DNA of 64,000 nucleotides from Eledone cirrhosa (GCA_964016885.1 OZ024740.1:321966001-322030000); one strand, 5' to 3'. Positions 1-13,734 are shown, counted from the stretch's first letter. Notes: generated from the letters alone by a model not told the origin. Translations and numbers: made by a program.

Positions 1-83
1 TTCATCCTTACGGAGTCGATAAAATAAAGTACCAGTAATGTACTGGTTAATTGCTGGCCTTGTGCCTAAAATAGAAACAATTA
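1..83 (+). mobile_element. 3' half of tRNA-derived SINE family A (cut by window start)
   Basis: ttcatccttacggagtcgataaaataaagtaccag...gctggccttgtgcctaaaatagaaacaatta matches the many fuller copies in the window. Decayed copies also lie at about 505-640 and 760-900. Confidence 0.85.
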
Positions 84-681
84 TTTTTCATAGTTGTCAA
101 AATCACCGAGGATATAAAGTTGAGCTCAAGCAGAGTTAAGAGATTGTCATTTTGCCTCTAGCAGTCAACAGAAGGGAGATTTTAGTCTTCAGCTGTCAGT
201 TTGTCTGCAATAGTCAACCCACCAGTCTCCAAAATATCTTTGATCACATTACTAGTAACTGAATCAGCGCGGCAATAATTTTCTTTGCCTGCTAAATTTT
301 GCTTGAGCTTCAGTATCAAAAACTTGACTTTTCTCTCAGGCAAAAACAAAGAAAAGCAACACACTGCACACCATTCAGGCACTTTTAGTATCCCACACGA
401 ATACAAACAGACTGCAACTGTTGAACAGTTAAACACTGACTCCTGTTTTGGATTCCATTGTTTACTTGATCAACTGATGTTGGTTTCTTTAATAATATTG
501 TAGCTTATGGGGAAGGGGGCAATTGATAGAATATTGGACAAAATGTTTTGCAGTATTTAGTTATGGCCATTTACATTCTGAGTTCAAATCAAGCCGAGGT
601 CATCTTTGCATTTCATCTTTCTGGTTGAGTAACTGAGTAAACTGGATTATAGCGAATATATTTCCCACAACCTCGCTACTT

Positions 682-726
<45 letters not shown>

Positions 727-1086
727 CTTCTCTACTCCGTCCACGTATTTCTGTAAGTGTTGCAGGAGTTCAAATTAAGCCGGGGTCATATTTGTGTCAT
801 CTACCTGGATTTGATCAAATGAAATACCAGTCATGTACTCAGGTTGATGTAATGGACTTTACAAAATTGCTGGCCTTGTGCCAAAATTAGATATAATTAT
901 TGTAACTTATGTAAATATTATTGTACACTTTTTGTTGTGTTTTAATGTATTGTATTAATACCGTTTTTTGTTTGTACTGACCTTCATTTAACATAAACTC
1001 TTGCCCAACTCTCAATGCGGCATTGTTTTATATATATTATTAAGACATATATATCACTAATATATATATATATATATATATATATA

Positions 1087-1145
1087 CAGTGGCGGACTGG
1101 GTCTAAAAGTATTGGTTGCCAGGAGATGAAGGGGGTCCACCTACA
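1087..1145 (+). mobile_element. possible hAT-type DNA transposon end
   Basis: CAGTGGCGGACTGG starts abruptly after a (TA)n tract and resembles hAT termini. No matching right TIR was found. Confidence 0.35.
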
Positions 1146-1321
1146 TATAGAATGGTATCATTTAATTTTTATAATGAATAAATAACATTTTCGAAGAATA
1201 CATAAGTGGAAACAAAACAGTGCAATCAAATGTTTGCGGAGAATATTACGTATTTTGCGAAATCCAGAGACTTTCAATAATGACCAGAAGTTGACCTAAA
1301 TATTACTAATAGCTCTAGGAA

Positions 1322-1690
1322 CGCCATGAACGACACCAAATCTTTTTAACTTTGATTTTGAAAGTAGGTTTATAATTATCAATTTTCATTATACTTTTGT
1401 AGCTGTCTCGGTGGCCTAGTTGGAGGAATCAAAGACGGTGGTGATCCTGGTCTGAAGTTCGATCCTGGTCGGAAGTAGGGTTGCTGGTAAACCTTTTCTA
1501 AAGTTGTTTCTATTGGTTATAAAATAAAAACTGAAAAAGGTAACACGTACCTCTTGGATTGAACCCAAGGCCAGAATCTCCACCGTTTCTAGTACCTACC
1601 GCTAGGCCACAGAGACAACTACGCAAATCTTATAAAAATTCATACTTATAAACCTATTTTCAAAACAAAGTGTTGTGGTTTCGTTCATGT
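1322..1690. repeat. imperfect inverted repeat enclosing two convergent tRNA-like heads
   Basis: 1402-1475 (+) has A box gtggcctagttgg and B box gttcgatcc. 1548-1620 (-) has gtggcctagcggt and ggttcaatcc. The flanks (ttttgaaaagtaggtttataa / ttataaacctattttcaaaa) are also inverted. Confidence 0.6.
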
Positions 1691-2116
1691 CTTTCTTAAT
1701 GTTATGGCTACTACCTAAGGCCGACTTCTAAATCATTTGGGGGTTCCATAAAATACATCCTTATTTTGTTTCACATCTATCTAGACTATATTTTGACCTG
1801 TAATCCATGTTTCATTTCTGTCGCACCTCATTTCTCCCTCTCTCTCTCTGTCTATATATATATATATGTGTTTGCATGCATGAATGAATACACTAAGCTT
1901 TAGATTTAGTAGAACCACAGATTCTATCTATTTGCACTAACGTATATTTGGGTTTCTAGTAATTCCCTGGGGAATTGGTTGACCAAATGCGTTGCTTAAT
2001 TGTTTTATTTATTTTAAATAAAATTTCATTCTTCCTCTTAGATTTCAAGTATTTTCCCAATATGCACCGTTTTGGCTGTATTGAATTACAGACTAGCTCA
2101 CAATCACAAATTTTTA

Positions 2117-3131
<1,015 letters not shown>

Positions 3132-3152
3132 TACACACACACACACACACAG

Positions 3153-3194
<42 letters not shown>

Positions 3195-3214
3195 ACACAC
3201 ACACACACACACAG

Positions 3215-3248
<34 letters not shown>

Positions 3249-3487
3249 ACACAAATGATTAATATACACATAATTAATATATAAATATTATTTTATACAT
3301 ACTTGATATATTATTATTATTATTATTATTATTATTGTTATTATTTGTTATGTTTTGATTTTTTTATGTTTATTTTTGTAGTCCTTGTTATAAACCTCTC
3401 TCTCATACAAAAAACCCACATTGTACCATTCTGAACCGTCTTTATTTTCCTCTTAATGTAAGCCCTGAATGGCTAATAAGGAAATCG

Positions 3488-3710
3488 AGGGTGGTGGATG
3501 GGCAGAATCAATAGAGCGTTAGACACTATGCTATGCAGCATAGAGTTACGGCCCTTTATGATCTGAGTTCAAATCCAGCCAAGGTTAACTTTGTCTTTCA
3601 TCCTTACGGGGTCGATAAAATAAAGTACCAGTCACGCACTGGGGTCGATTTAATCGACTTTCCCCTCCTCAAAAATTGCTGGCCTTGTGCTTATATGAGA
3701 AACCATTATT
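3488..3710 (+). mobile_element. tRNA-derived SINE family A, near full length
   Basis: A-box-like ggtggatgggcagaatc, B box gagttcaaatcc, central domain ctttcatccttacggggtcgataaaataaagtaccag (resembles the MetaSINE central domain as recalled, not verified) and an (att)n tail. Confidence 0.85.
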
Positions 3711-3775
3711 ATCATTATTTTTATTATTATCTAGGTATATGTAATTAACACGCATATATATTATTAATACAAAGA

Positions 3776-3953
3776 TACCATATATGCCGCCGTACAAGTC
3801 GACATTTGGAGTCTAAAAATATCTCTCCAAAACCAGGGGTCGACTTGTCCGCCGAATATAAAATGTGGAAGTATATGTGCTGCTGAACTACACCTCAGAA
3901 TTTTAGGGGCCGTCCTATGCGTCGAATCGACTTGTATGCCAGCATATATGGTA
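3776..3953. mobile_element. Tc1/mariner-superfamily (pogo/Tc2-like) MITE
   Basis: Imperfect TIRs of about 27 bp, taccatatatgccgccgtacaagtcga / tcgacttgtatgccagcatatatggta, with TA at both ends. Confidence 0.7.
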
Positions 3954-4406
3954 ATTAATATATATACATTATTTATGTATATGTTATTATTAATGTACAT
4001 GTAATAAATATGCGTATATAATGAATGTATATATAATTACTGTCACCTAACTTCAAATGAACAAACATTATTTTGAAACTTTATTTGATATTTGTAGAAG
4101 ACCAGTTTCTAAATCCTACACACGTAGCAAGAGTGACCGAAACTCCATATGGAGTGGAATTGAAAGGTATTTTATAAATTATACAATTATCCCAGAGTAA
4201 ATATTTCTCAAATGTGCATGTATGCATGTATGCATGTATGCATGCATGACTGTATGCATGTATGCAATGATGCGTGCAAGCATGAATTGCATACTATTAA
4301 AATCAGCACAGAACGTTGGAGACTTCTATAAGAACCATCAAGCCTTGGTTACATTAATTTACAGAATTATCTACCTTTGAATACATTAATAGAAATATTT
4401 GTTAAA

Positions 4407-4950
4407 TTAACCCTTCCGTGACTGTATTTCTAATGAAATAGACAACTCCAAATTGATGAAGAATTTTGCAAGAATTACTAAAATTATTAATTATTTCATT
4501 ACTAAGGTAGTGGTTCTTATATAAAATTATGTTGGAAGATTTTATTTTAAATAGAAACCCTTTAAAATGATTAGTTTAATTTATTTCATAGAACCAGAAG
4601 TAGTTGGTATCAAAAGAGCTAATGAAAAATCTTGAGGAATTTACAAAAATTATTATTTCCTTACTAAGACATTAACATAGAATAAGGTTCTTTTATGAAA
4701 TTATGTTGTAAGATTTCAATTTAAATGGGAATATTTTTTAATGAGTAGCTTTGTATCATAAAGCAAAAACCAGTTTTGGCTGGTTTTGTATTAAAAGTGT
4801 TAAAGAAGAATTTTGAAGGATTTAGTAAAATAATTAATTATTTCGTTAATAAGATAACTCAATATATGGTTCTTACATAAAATCATGTTGGAAGATTTAA
4901 ATTTAAATAGGAATCCTTTAAAATAGTTGGGTTGGTAGCAAAAGAGTTAA
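4407..4950. mobile_element. AT-rich internally repeated element with piggyBac-like TTAA ends
   Basis: Starts ttaacccttcc and ends aaaagagttaa, with three degenerate internal units of about 180 bp. A related copy lies at about 59747-60141. Confidence 0.4.
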
Positions 4951-5552
4951 AGCATGAAAATATCATGTCCAGGCTTAATGGCAGGGTCATGAGAGCATCA
5001 GATAAAATTACTTATGGCATTTGTTTCTATGCTTAGTGTGGTATATATATAGTTACTAAATGGTAGTGCTGATGGCATAATGAAATGCACTGTAAAGTGA
5101 TAGGGAAGGTGCCAGGATAAAGTACATAGAGCCCGTGCAATCCGTTCAGTACAATGGTAGTGTTGTAGTGATAATGTCATAATAAAACATACTTGGTACA
5201 TGCCGTAAAGAGGTTGTCATTAGGAAGGGCATAAGCCATTGAAACCTGGCAACATATGAACATGACAGAGTAATCTGACTTCTCAAGCCTCAGAATGTGA
5301 CAAATTATTTAATCTATGCAAGCATGGAAAATAGGCATAAGTCAAATATATATATATCAAAGTTATAATAATATTATTTATAGTTATGTATACACTATAT
5401 ACAACTATAAACAGGAAAGGTCAGTAATTTATTATGTAAATACATGAAATGTTTTACAGAGCCGGAATATATATATACAGAGCCGGAATTTATATCAAAG
5501 TTATATATATATATCCCGCCCGTCCCCTTAATCTATTTTATTTCTCCTACTT

Positions 5553-5588
5553 TCTTCTGATGAAGGACTAGCGTCTGAAACGTTAAGA
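5553..5588 (+). ncRNA. minimal type I hammerhead ribozyme motif (Penelope pLTR type)
   Basis: tctt-CTGATGA-a-ggac tagc gtct-GAAA-cg-TT/aaga. A decayed minus-strand copy (CTGGTGA) lies at about 27775-27808. Confidence 0.65.
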
Positions 5589-5712
5589 CCCTCTTCCTGG
5601 TATATCAAGCGTTAACCTAATATATACCTTCCATATACTGTATGATTGTGTTGTTATTTCTGTTTACCTTTTACACACACATACACACACACATACACAC
5701 ACACACACGCAC

Positions 5713-5770
<58 letters not shown>

Positions 5771-5771
5771 T

Positions 5772-5968
5772 GAAAGTGAACAACACAATATATAACTACT
5801 CCATTACCAAAGGTTTCAGGACCCTAGACAATATTAACATACGTCTAGTTCGCTCATCAGATAGAGGGGTTATTAGCCCTTCTATCTGATGAGCGAACTA
5901 GACTAATATTGTCTAGGGTCCTGAAACCTTTGGTAATGGAGTAGTTATATATTGTGTTGTTCACTTTC
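5772..5968. repeat. inverted repeat with arms of about 95 bp, each carrying a hammerhead-like motif
   Basis: The arms are near-perfect apart from a 6-nt indel. The + arm reads ttctat-CTGATGA(5886-5892)-gcgaa ctagac taatatt gtctag ggtcct-GAAA(5923-5926)-cc ttt gg-TA/atggag. Confidence 0.8.
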
Positions 5969-6037
5969 TAATTAAATAGCTCTGTTTTATACATAGAGCA
6001 CTCTTTTTTCCTTGACTTTTTCTTCGGAAATACTTAA

Positions 6038-6166
<129 letters not shown>

Positions 6167-6334
6167 TGGTATTGTGTGTTGGTTTTGCCTACCACAATAT
6201 TCAATTTGTCAAGCTATTTAAACGTATGTTTTTACTCTAAGGATCTACCCTTATTGAGTGCTTTGCTAACTGATTCATATTGTAGGTCGACTTTGCTTGC
6301 CCGCAGCCAAAGATTCGATTTTACTAAGCCTCCA

Positions 6335-6394
<60 letters not shown>

Positions 6395-6484
6395 AGAGTT
6401 AAACAAGATCCAATGAATATATCAAAGAATTAGTTTTACAATAGATTGGAAGCACTCTACAAGAAATATTTTCCAGAGTTATTA

Positions 6485-6777
6485 ATATTAATTCCAAATT
6501 AACAACATAGATATTCTTGTGATCAATTATATTTTATTATACATATTTCAAAGGTACTGAATTAAGTTCAACAGTACGTCCTCATCAGATAAAATAAAAT
6601 AAAATAAAATAAATACTACCTTGATTAAATCTACCATGTCAGGGTCTGTCATGTATTCTTTTTATTTTATCTGATGAGGACGTACTGTTGAACTTAATTC
6701 AGTACCTCTGAAATATGTATAATAAAATATAATTGATCACAAGAATATCTATTTTGTTAATATTTGGAATTAATATT
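6485..6777. repeat. inverted repeat with arms of about 115 bp, each carrying a hammerhead ribozyme
   Basis: Arms 6485-6600 and 6660-6777 are reverse complements, and the island is bounded by (TA)n. Confidence 0.9.
6663..6729 (+). ncRNA. type I hammerhead ribozyme
   Basis: Stem I tattttat/ataaaata (8 bp), CTGATGA 6671-6677, stem II ggacgtactg/cagtacctct (9 of 10 paired), GAAA 6710-6713, 2-bp stem III, predicted cleavage after AUA at 6721. A mirror copy lies on the minus strand at about 6530-6596. Confidence 0.8.
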
Positions 6778-7524
6778 ATATATATATATAATCGAATCGT
6801 GTCTGTCAGTCCACGTGGAAATGGAATGGTGAAAATTCTACGGCGAAAAAAAAACATTAAACAACATTTCAACTTTTGCACAAAGCTCTGTGTGAGTATG
6901 TGTGTGTATTTGTGTGAATGTATGTATGTGTAAATGGGAGGAAGGGGGATGGTGAAAAAACTACGGCAAAAGCAGCCAAAAGACTTCCAACCTTTTTCAG
7001 GCTCTTGCGTGAATGTATGTGTGTGTGTGTGTTTGTGTGAATGTATGTGTGTGTGTTAGTGCGAATGTATATGTATGTATTTGTGTGTGTATGTCTATAA
7101 GTGTGTATGCGTGTGTATTTGTGTGCGTTTATCGGCGTTTGTGGGTTTATGTTTATACACACAAATATATATAATAACAACGATATTAATTCAAACGTAA
7201 ATACAGGTGTATATAAACGATTAGAATGTAAATAATATATTCAATATGTTTGTATATATAAGAATATGTAGTTATATATATACTAGGAAATTACAACCCA
7301 AACCAAACTGAGTGTGTTTTATTATATATTTCTGGCAATATATAACAACATGACCCTGCCCGAATATAACAATATTTGTTTCAACACACGATTTCATATG
7401 AAAAAAACTTGCAAAGCAAATTCATCAACGGTTAATTCTTTGCTGTAATTGTTCGCAGAAACCACCGCATATTCGCGGAATCGTAGATATCTTCTGCGAT
7501 TTTTTAATACTTTTTTTCGTAGCA

Positions 7525-7712
7525 ACGGTGGATTGGCAGTATCGGTAGAGGGTTGGACGCCATGCTTTGCAGTATAGAGTTACGTTCCTTTACGGTCTGA
7601 GTTCAAATCCTGCTGAGGGTAACTTTGTCTTTCATCCTTACGGGGTCAATAAAATAAAGTACCAGTAATGTACTGGGATAATTGTTGGCCTTGTGCCAAA
7701 AGTAGAAACAAT
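7525..7712 (+). mobile_element. tRNA-derived SINE family A
   Basis: Same A/B boxes, central domain and tail as the other copies. Confidence 0.85.
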
Positions 7713-7910
7713 ATATACATTTTAATGATAAATTATTAATAACAATATAACGTATTTGCCGGGCAATTGGACGCCCCATCGCATGAGGCGCTCCCTCTTT
7801 TTTAAAATTATACTACCAGAAAAACCGCCCTTCAGGCGGTTTTTCTGCTAGCATATGTAGTGTGCATATTGGTATTATACGCAAATATATAACAGGAGGA
7901 ATAATAATAG

Positions 7911-7954
7911 TACCACTGATGATGTTGCAGATGTGCAACGAAAGAACTTTGTTA
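7911..7954 (+). ncRNA. type I hammerhead ribozyme motif
   Basis: tacca-CTGATGA-t-gttgca gatg tgcaac-GAAA-g aa c-TT/tgtta, with a 6-bp stem II and an imperfect stem I. Confidence 0.6.
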
Positions 7955-8189
7955 GACTATATATATAAGTATTTATATCTGTATTTTTGACCGTTGGTCA
8001 GTCAATGATAAACATTGATGGCCAAATGAATTAACTATGGAGATATAAAAGATACAGTAGCGAAAACCAACCAAGCAGTGAGTGTGTTCTGTTATTATTT
8101 CTGGCAATATTATTACAACAATATGACCCTCCCCAAGTATAACAATATATGCATATAGATATATGTAAATTGAAAAGTAAATTAACAAT

Positions 8190-8830
8190 ATCTTCTTCTT
8201 CACCCACTTATTTCTGAGAGGGTCGTGGGGGAAGAGTCCTTCTCAAACACTCCTTCCAGCGAGTCTGTCAGTAGCAAACATCTCTAACTGATCCAGCTGG
8301 ATCCCAAAGCGTGACCAACCAAGCTCATGGATGTTATCCAACTATCTTGCTCAGGGTCTACCTCTGGGTATCTTGCCGGTTGGTTTTGCCTGTAAAATGT
8401 GTCCAGTGATTTTTTACTGAGACATTCTAACCACATGTTCATAATATCGGAGTTGTGATCTCTCAATTCGGAGAACTAGCGACTCTACCAGGAGTGACTC
8501 TCTGGTCTCTGAGCTATGCACTTTATCGAGTAACATTACTCCAAAGACCCTTCGGAGGAATCCCATATCTGCCACTTTTATTTGCAATTGTATTCTTTTG
8601 GTCATTACTCAAGATTCATGATTTTCGGCAGTAATACCAGGAAGACAGCGAGTTTGGCTTTTACACCTACCCCTCCTTCATCTGATTGCTGAATGCTGAG
8701 GCTGGCGCATTACTGCATCAGCTTTTGAAATTCTTGCACTTAATTCAGCCTCCTGCATTCCATCACTCATGAACACGGCTCCAAGATACTTGAACTTCTC
8801 TAACTGCTTCAGTAGAACTCCATTCACATG
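8190..8830 (-). mobile_element. RTE-clade LINE, 5'-truncated and decayed
   Basis: Translations include EKFKYLG...ELSARISKA and ADMGFLRRVFGVMLLDKV...IERSQLRYYEHVVRM, and there is a (GAA)n tail. The same 3' end recurs at about 43110-43378 (+) and 57367-57595 (-). Confidence 0.85.
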
Positions 8831-9094
8831 TATATAAATTTGTGGGACTTCTGTCCACCCGTCCATCACGCAATGTGTATGTGCGTTTGTGTGAATGTGT
8901 GTGTAAACGGAAGGAAAGGGATACACACATATATATGTCTAACTTAAAAACAGTGACACACACACACGTGTCTCTAATTTAAGAACGCCGACAAACTCAC
9001 GCGCGCGCACATACGCACACTGTCCTATTACCACTTAAGAGCTTTGGCCCGAGCAAACATCCCCTCAATTTTGGAACCAATTTTGTCCTGAATT

Positions 9095-9477
9095 GATGGG
9101 AAAAGACTTGACGGTCTTAATCTGTGCTCCTGGTCAAGAGGCACGTGCCTTGCCTGGGACGTCACAGTTAGTGACTCTTTGTTTCTTCCCACATTCTGGA
9201 TGCAGCGGTAAGGGCGAGAGTTACAGCATCCGCAGCTGAACGGAACAAAATCCTAAAATACCATGTTCTGTCAGCTAACTACATTATCCAGCCTATGGCG
9301 TTCGAGACGTTTGGGGGAGTCGGGCTACTGACAGCGAGATTCTTATCTTCACTGGCGGCTCGCCAAACAGAGGTAACTGGTGATGCTCGTGGAAGCACTT
9401 GGTTGTTCCAACACCTCAACGTCGCCATCACCCCATGTAACGCTGCGAGCGTGCTGGCCTGCCTCAAACATTATTAG
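9095..9477 (+). mobile_element. restriction-like endonuclease fragment of a CRE-like non-LTR retrotransposon
   Basis: DGKRLDGL...W...CLAWDVTVSDSL, then PMAFETFGGVG...WLFQHLNVAI...NAASVL, which is a PD-(D/E)xK RLE C-terminal domain pattern. Confidence 0.6.
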
Positions 9478-9627
9478 AGAGGTTTTCCAGTACTCCTCGC
9501 TATATTGCTATCTTTTGCTCTGTTAGCGGCTCGTTTTTCCACTCTTTCGCCTGTATTTTGTTCTATGGGGTCTAAGATGTGTATTTTTTCTCTTTTTTTC
9601 CTTTCCCTCTCCTTTGTATATATTATA

Positions 9628-10002
9628 TTGAATTGGCAGTATCGGTAGAGGGTCGGACGCCATGCTTTCCAGCATAGTTACGCCCCCTTACGGTCTGAGT
9701 TCAAATCCCGTCGAGGTTAACTTTGCCTTTCATCCTTACGAGGTCGATAAAATAAAGTACCAGTAATGCACTGGGATAATTACTGGCCTTGTGCCAAAAG
9801 TAGAAACAAGTATTAAAAGGGTGGTGGATTGGCAGTATCAGTGGAGGGTCGGATGTCATGCTTTGCAGCATATAGTTACGGCCCTTTACGATCTGAGTTC
9901 AAATCCCACCGAGGTTAACTTTGCCTTTCATTCTCGATAAAATAAAGTACCAGTAATACCCTGGTATAATTGCTGGCCTTGTGCCAAAAGTAGAAACAAT
10001 TA
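9628..10002 (+). mobile_element. two tandem copies of SINE family A
   Basis: Copies at about 9628-9810 and 9818-10002, each with B box gagttcaaatcc and the central domain. Confidence 0.85.
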
Positions 10003-10041
10003 CATTTGTTAGTATTTTCGTTCTGTAACCATTATATTAAA

Positions 10042-13000
10042 CTAGCAGAAGAACCGCCCTCCGTGCGGTTTTCTGCTAGTATATATAGTGTGCATATTGA
10101 TATACACAAATATATATGCACATAAACTGAACAAAGACTGTGTTACTATTGCTTCTGTAATTAGTAAAGTAATCCATGATACATTTAAAAAAAAGGTGAT
10201 AATGGAGATGGAAAAGCGATGAAACTATTGACAGAAAGTGTTCATGAATCTTCCCTTGAGAATGTCGATGGGAAGCTTCAAGCAGTGAATTTGAAAATAG
10301 ATGCTGCTGGTATGAATGAATGAATTACATTTACCAATATGAAGAGTTGACCTTCGCTATATTGTTGTTTTACTGTATTCACATACAGACTTCTTAAGTT
10401 TTTGTAGTGTCCCTTTTCTAGCATTTAAAAAGAAACTGAAATGCATTTCAGCTAAAAGAGATTGATAGCTGTTTCACGTCACTGTAGAATTTCTTTGTAG
10501 ACACAGTTGTCATTTAATATTTTTATATTTTCTTTTTTTGTAACTCGTGATAATGCAACATACATCTGACCATGTGAGAAGAATTGTGTTGGTAGATATA
10601 CACCTATCTTTTCACATGTCTGCCCTTGTGCCTTGTTGCATGTAAGGGCAAAGGCTGGTTTGACAGGAAATTGTTTGCGAGTAAAGGTGAAAGGGAACTC
10701 AAGCTCTTGAGATACATGTGGTATCCTTGGGATTAACAACCTTGTTCCAGCATTGGGACCCAATGCCACTTCAGCTTCAATTACAAGATTATGTAAACTG
10801 ATGATGATGTAGCGTGTATCATTGCAATACCCGTTTAGAGGATCCAGATTTCTCAGAAGCATGATGCAACTGCCTTTCTTCAGTTTAAGTATGTGTGTTG
10901 GGAAGCCTGATGGGGTAAGTTTGTTGATGAACTCAATTGGATATTGCAGTTCATTATCTACTGTATCAGAGCTTCTGTAGATTATTTCACGACCAGAGAA
11001 CTTCTTGACCATGAACTCATTCACCAATCTTGCTGCATCATTTGTTGGAGTGAAAATGGCTCTATTTGCAAGCCATAGTGGTTTTGTGTAGTTTCCTGGA
11101 AGATTTGTATACACAAAATCACACAGTCCAGACACATTACCATATTCCAGACAAAGTTCATTTGGCAGAAGAATTGTGAATGCACCTACAGTTGGAACAG
11201 TTGGAATGTTACCATTTCCCACATCAAAAAGGTAGTTTGCAAACTGTCTTTCATCAGAATCCTCTGCATTAATTAACCGTTGATTGGTTGTCATCTCCAT
11301 GGTTTCCACATAGTCCCAGAGATAGGATCTCTTGATGGTTGCCTCAACTATTTGTGGTCTAACACCATGACGTACAACTGGAAGAATGTGCTTCCAGTCA
11401 CCAGATAGTAATACTGTTAGACCACCAAATGGCTTTTTGCAATTTCGAACATCTTTGAAGCTCCTGTCAAGGCATTCAAAGATATGCTTATGTCCCATAC
11501 CTATCTCATCAATGATTACCAGGTCAGCTTGCTGCATAAGTTTACCTGTGTCATCCCTCTTTGTGAAGAAGCAAGTTGATTCAGCAGTTACATTGAGAGG
11601 AATCTTGCACTTGGAATGAAGAGTTCTACCTTTGTGAAGCTAAGTGGCTGCTATTCCAGATATGGCAGTGGCAAGTGCAATTTCTTTTGTTTAGATTGGA
11701 AGTAATCCAATAGGATTTTATTACATAGGTCTTTCCTGTACCTGCCCTTGCATTCAAGCAGAAAATTCTGCCTTCATTTTCATTTACAGAGGTGATTACT
11801 TTGTGAAAAATAACCAGTTGCTCAGGATTCAATGTTGGCAGAAGTTCATTTATGTTTGCTTGCAGTTGGTGTGTATTGAAATCAGTTTCTGCCATAAGAA
11901 CTCTGTTGATTTCTGGTATGGCAACAATAGTTGTGTCTGGCCGAGGAAGTCCATAGTTGGCATGAATGTCCAAGCCATCATGTTGAAGTCTTTGTTGGAT
12001 CTTCTGTAGAACAATCTGCACGGTTTGCATGGACATGACTTGCTCATGACGTTCTTGCATGATATCCTCTGCAAGACAATTCTTCCATTTCTCCCAGAAC
12101 TGCAGAGGGTCATTTGGCATGCTGTACAATAAAATGGTGCAGAAGATCTCTCGCAGCTGAGGACCAAGCGTAATGGATGAGGCCTCTTCCATAGCTTTGT
12201 CTTTTTCTCCATCTTCATCTAACAGACCAAGTTTCCTGCATGCTTCTTGGAATGTTGGAAATGCAACTCCTTCAATTGTCCTCAAATCTTTGTATGAAGT
12301 TGACCTAGCCTTGTGATGTAGGGTCATCCTGGTGTAATATAATTCAGATTGATGTCTACTGAGAGATACTGTTGGAATGCGTCCAAGAGATTCACTCATA
12401 AATTGTTGATTACCATCCAGATGTCCCTTTTTTCCTCTTTGCCACTTTTTGTTTGTCCAAGTCAAATATTTAGGAATATCAATATACAATATGCTTTGTG
12501 CCAGTGGGTCTCTAATATTCAGTTGAAAATATTCCGTCAACTTAGTCATTGGCTGTCCCTTAGAAACAATACTTTCTTCCTGCCCTCGCTCATACACGAC
12601 TATTTGTTCCCCAGGTAAATGGCAAGGCAACTTTTCAACTGGTGGTTTTCGGTGTTGTAATGGAAATTTATAGATTCTCCAGAATGCTTCACTTGATGAG
12701 ATGTACCATGCATTAATATAGGTCTCAATCTCATGTTGGGCATGAACACAATTTTTTTGATCATACTTAATAGTGAAAGTGTTCTTGTCTGATCCTTTTG
12801 TGATGTACTTATATAAGTACTTAACAGCCTTGACACTGTGGTCAACCTCACAATTGATGTGGCACTGATATCTCAATGAGAGAAAGGGCTGTATGGAACA
12901 ATCCAACGATTATCAGTAGTAAATTCTTTACCTTTAAGTTGGATTGTATGGGTGTGACCACCATGCTGTCAATCCTTTCTTCAATACTCCGGAAAGGAAT

Positions 13001-13620
13001 TTTCGGCAACAAATGTGGTTTGTCTGAATGCCTTGGGATAACTTTTTGAGCAATGGTGTTGTTGTCCTAGCCCTTCCATACATGAGCACATCATATTAGC
13101 TTGTCCAAGTGGGCCATGAATGTTGTAGGATGTGATGATCTTATGCAGAATTGGATTGGTCTCTTTATCAGGAATCTCACAGTACACTACCTGATCAATG
13201 GCATCAGCAGTTTTGGGCTTGCTATCTTCAGCCATTATCAGCAGAATATGAGCATGAGTGAGGCCTCGTTTTCTGCCACTCTATTGTAGCAGAATGAGCC
13301 ACAACTTTTCCTAGGACATTTTTTTTTCAGTATGTCATCCATGAGGCTGCATACTTGATCTAGAAGACTCTTGCACAAATACCAGGGCGGTCTCTAGGTT
13401 CTTCACCAGGGTGCAAACTATTTTTTATTTCATCGCAGTTAGGGTTAGTTGTTACCATGATGAAATAATATGGCTTTCCCATGTGTCGAACCACAGTCAT
13501 CGAATTCTGAAAGCACTCACTGTAGAAGCGAGGGGAACCATAGATTGAAGGAGGAAGAACAATTCTCCGGTCTGCACTTGTTTCAGACGTTAGACTGTGC
13601 CCATGCTGGGGTACCACGAT
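10042..13620 (-). mobile_element. Helitron with fragmented Rep (HUH)-PIF1 helicase ORF
   Basis: Rep motifs YFIMVTTNP, IEWQK-RGLTHAH (frameshifted) and YLYKYITKG. Helicase motifs LNARAGTGKT, IIDEIGM, SGDWKHILPVV, FALTCNKAQGQT and HGQMYVALSRV. The ORF is in pieces (13360-13617, 12981-13235, 11626-12906, 10479-11537). The 3' hairpin aaccgc/gcggtt plus CTAG lies at 10042-10072. Confidence 0.93.
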
Positions 13621-13734
13621 TAAAGGAGTTTCTTGACCTCAATTCCAGTACATATATTCTAAAATCTAGTACTTATTTTATTGATCTCTTCTATTCTCTT
13701 TGAAACGTGTGTGTGTGTGTGTCTATGTGTTCAT

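Noticed and set aside
182-503. Short non-repetitive ORFs (84 aa minus, 72 aa plus)
   Set aside because: No recognisable domain or convincing splice-site pair, so they cannot be supported as coding.
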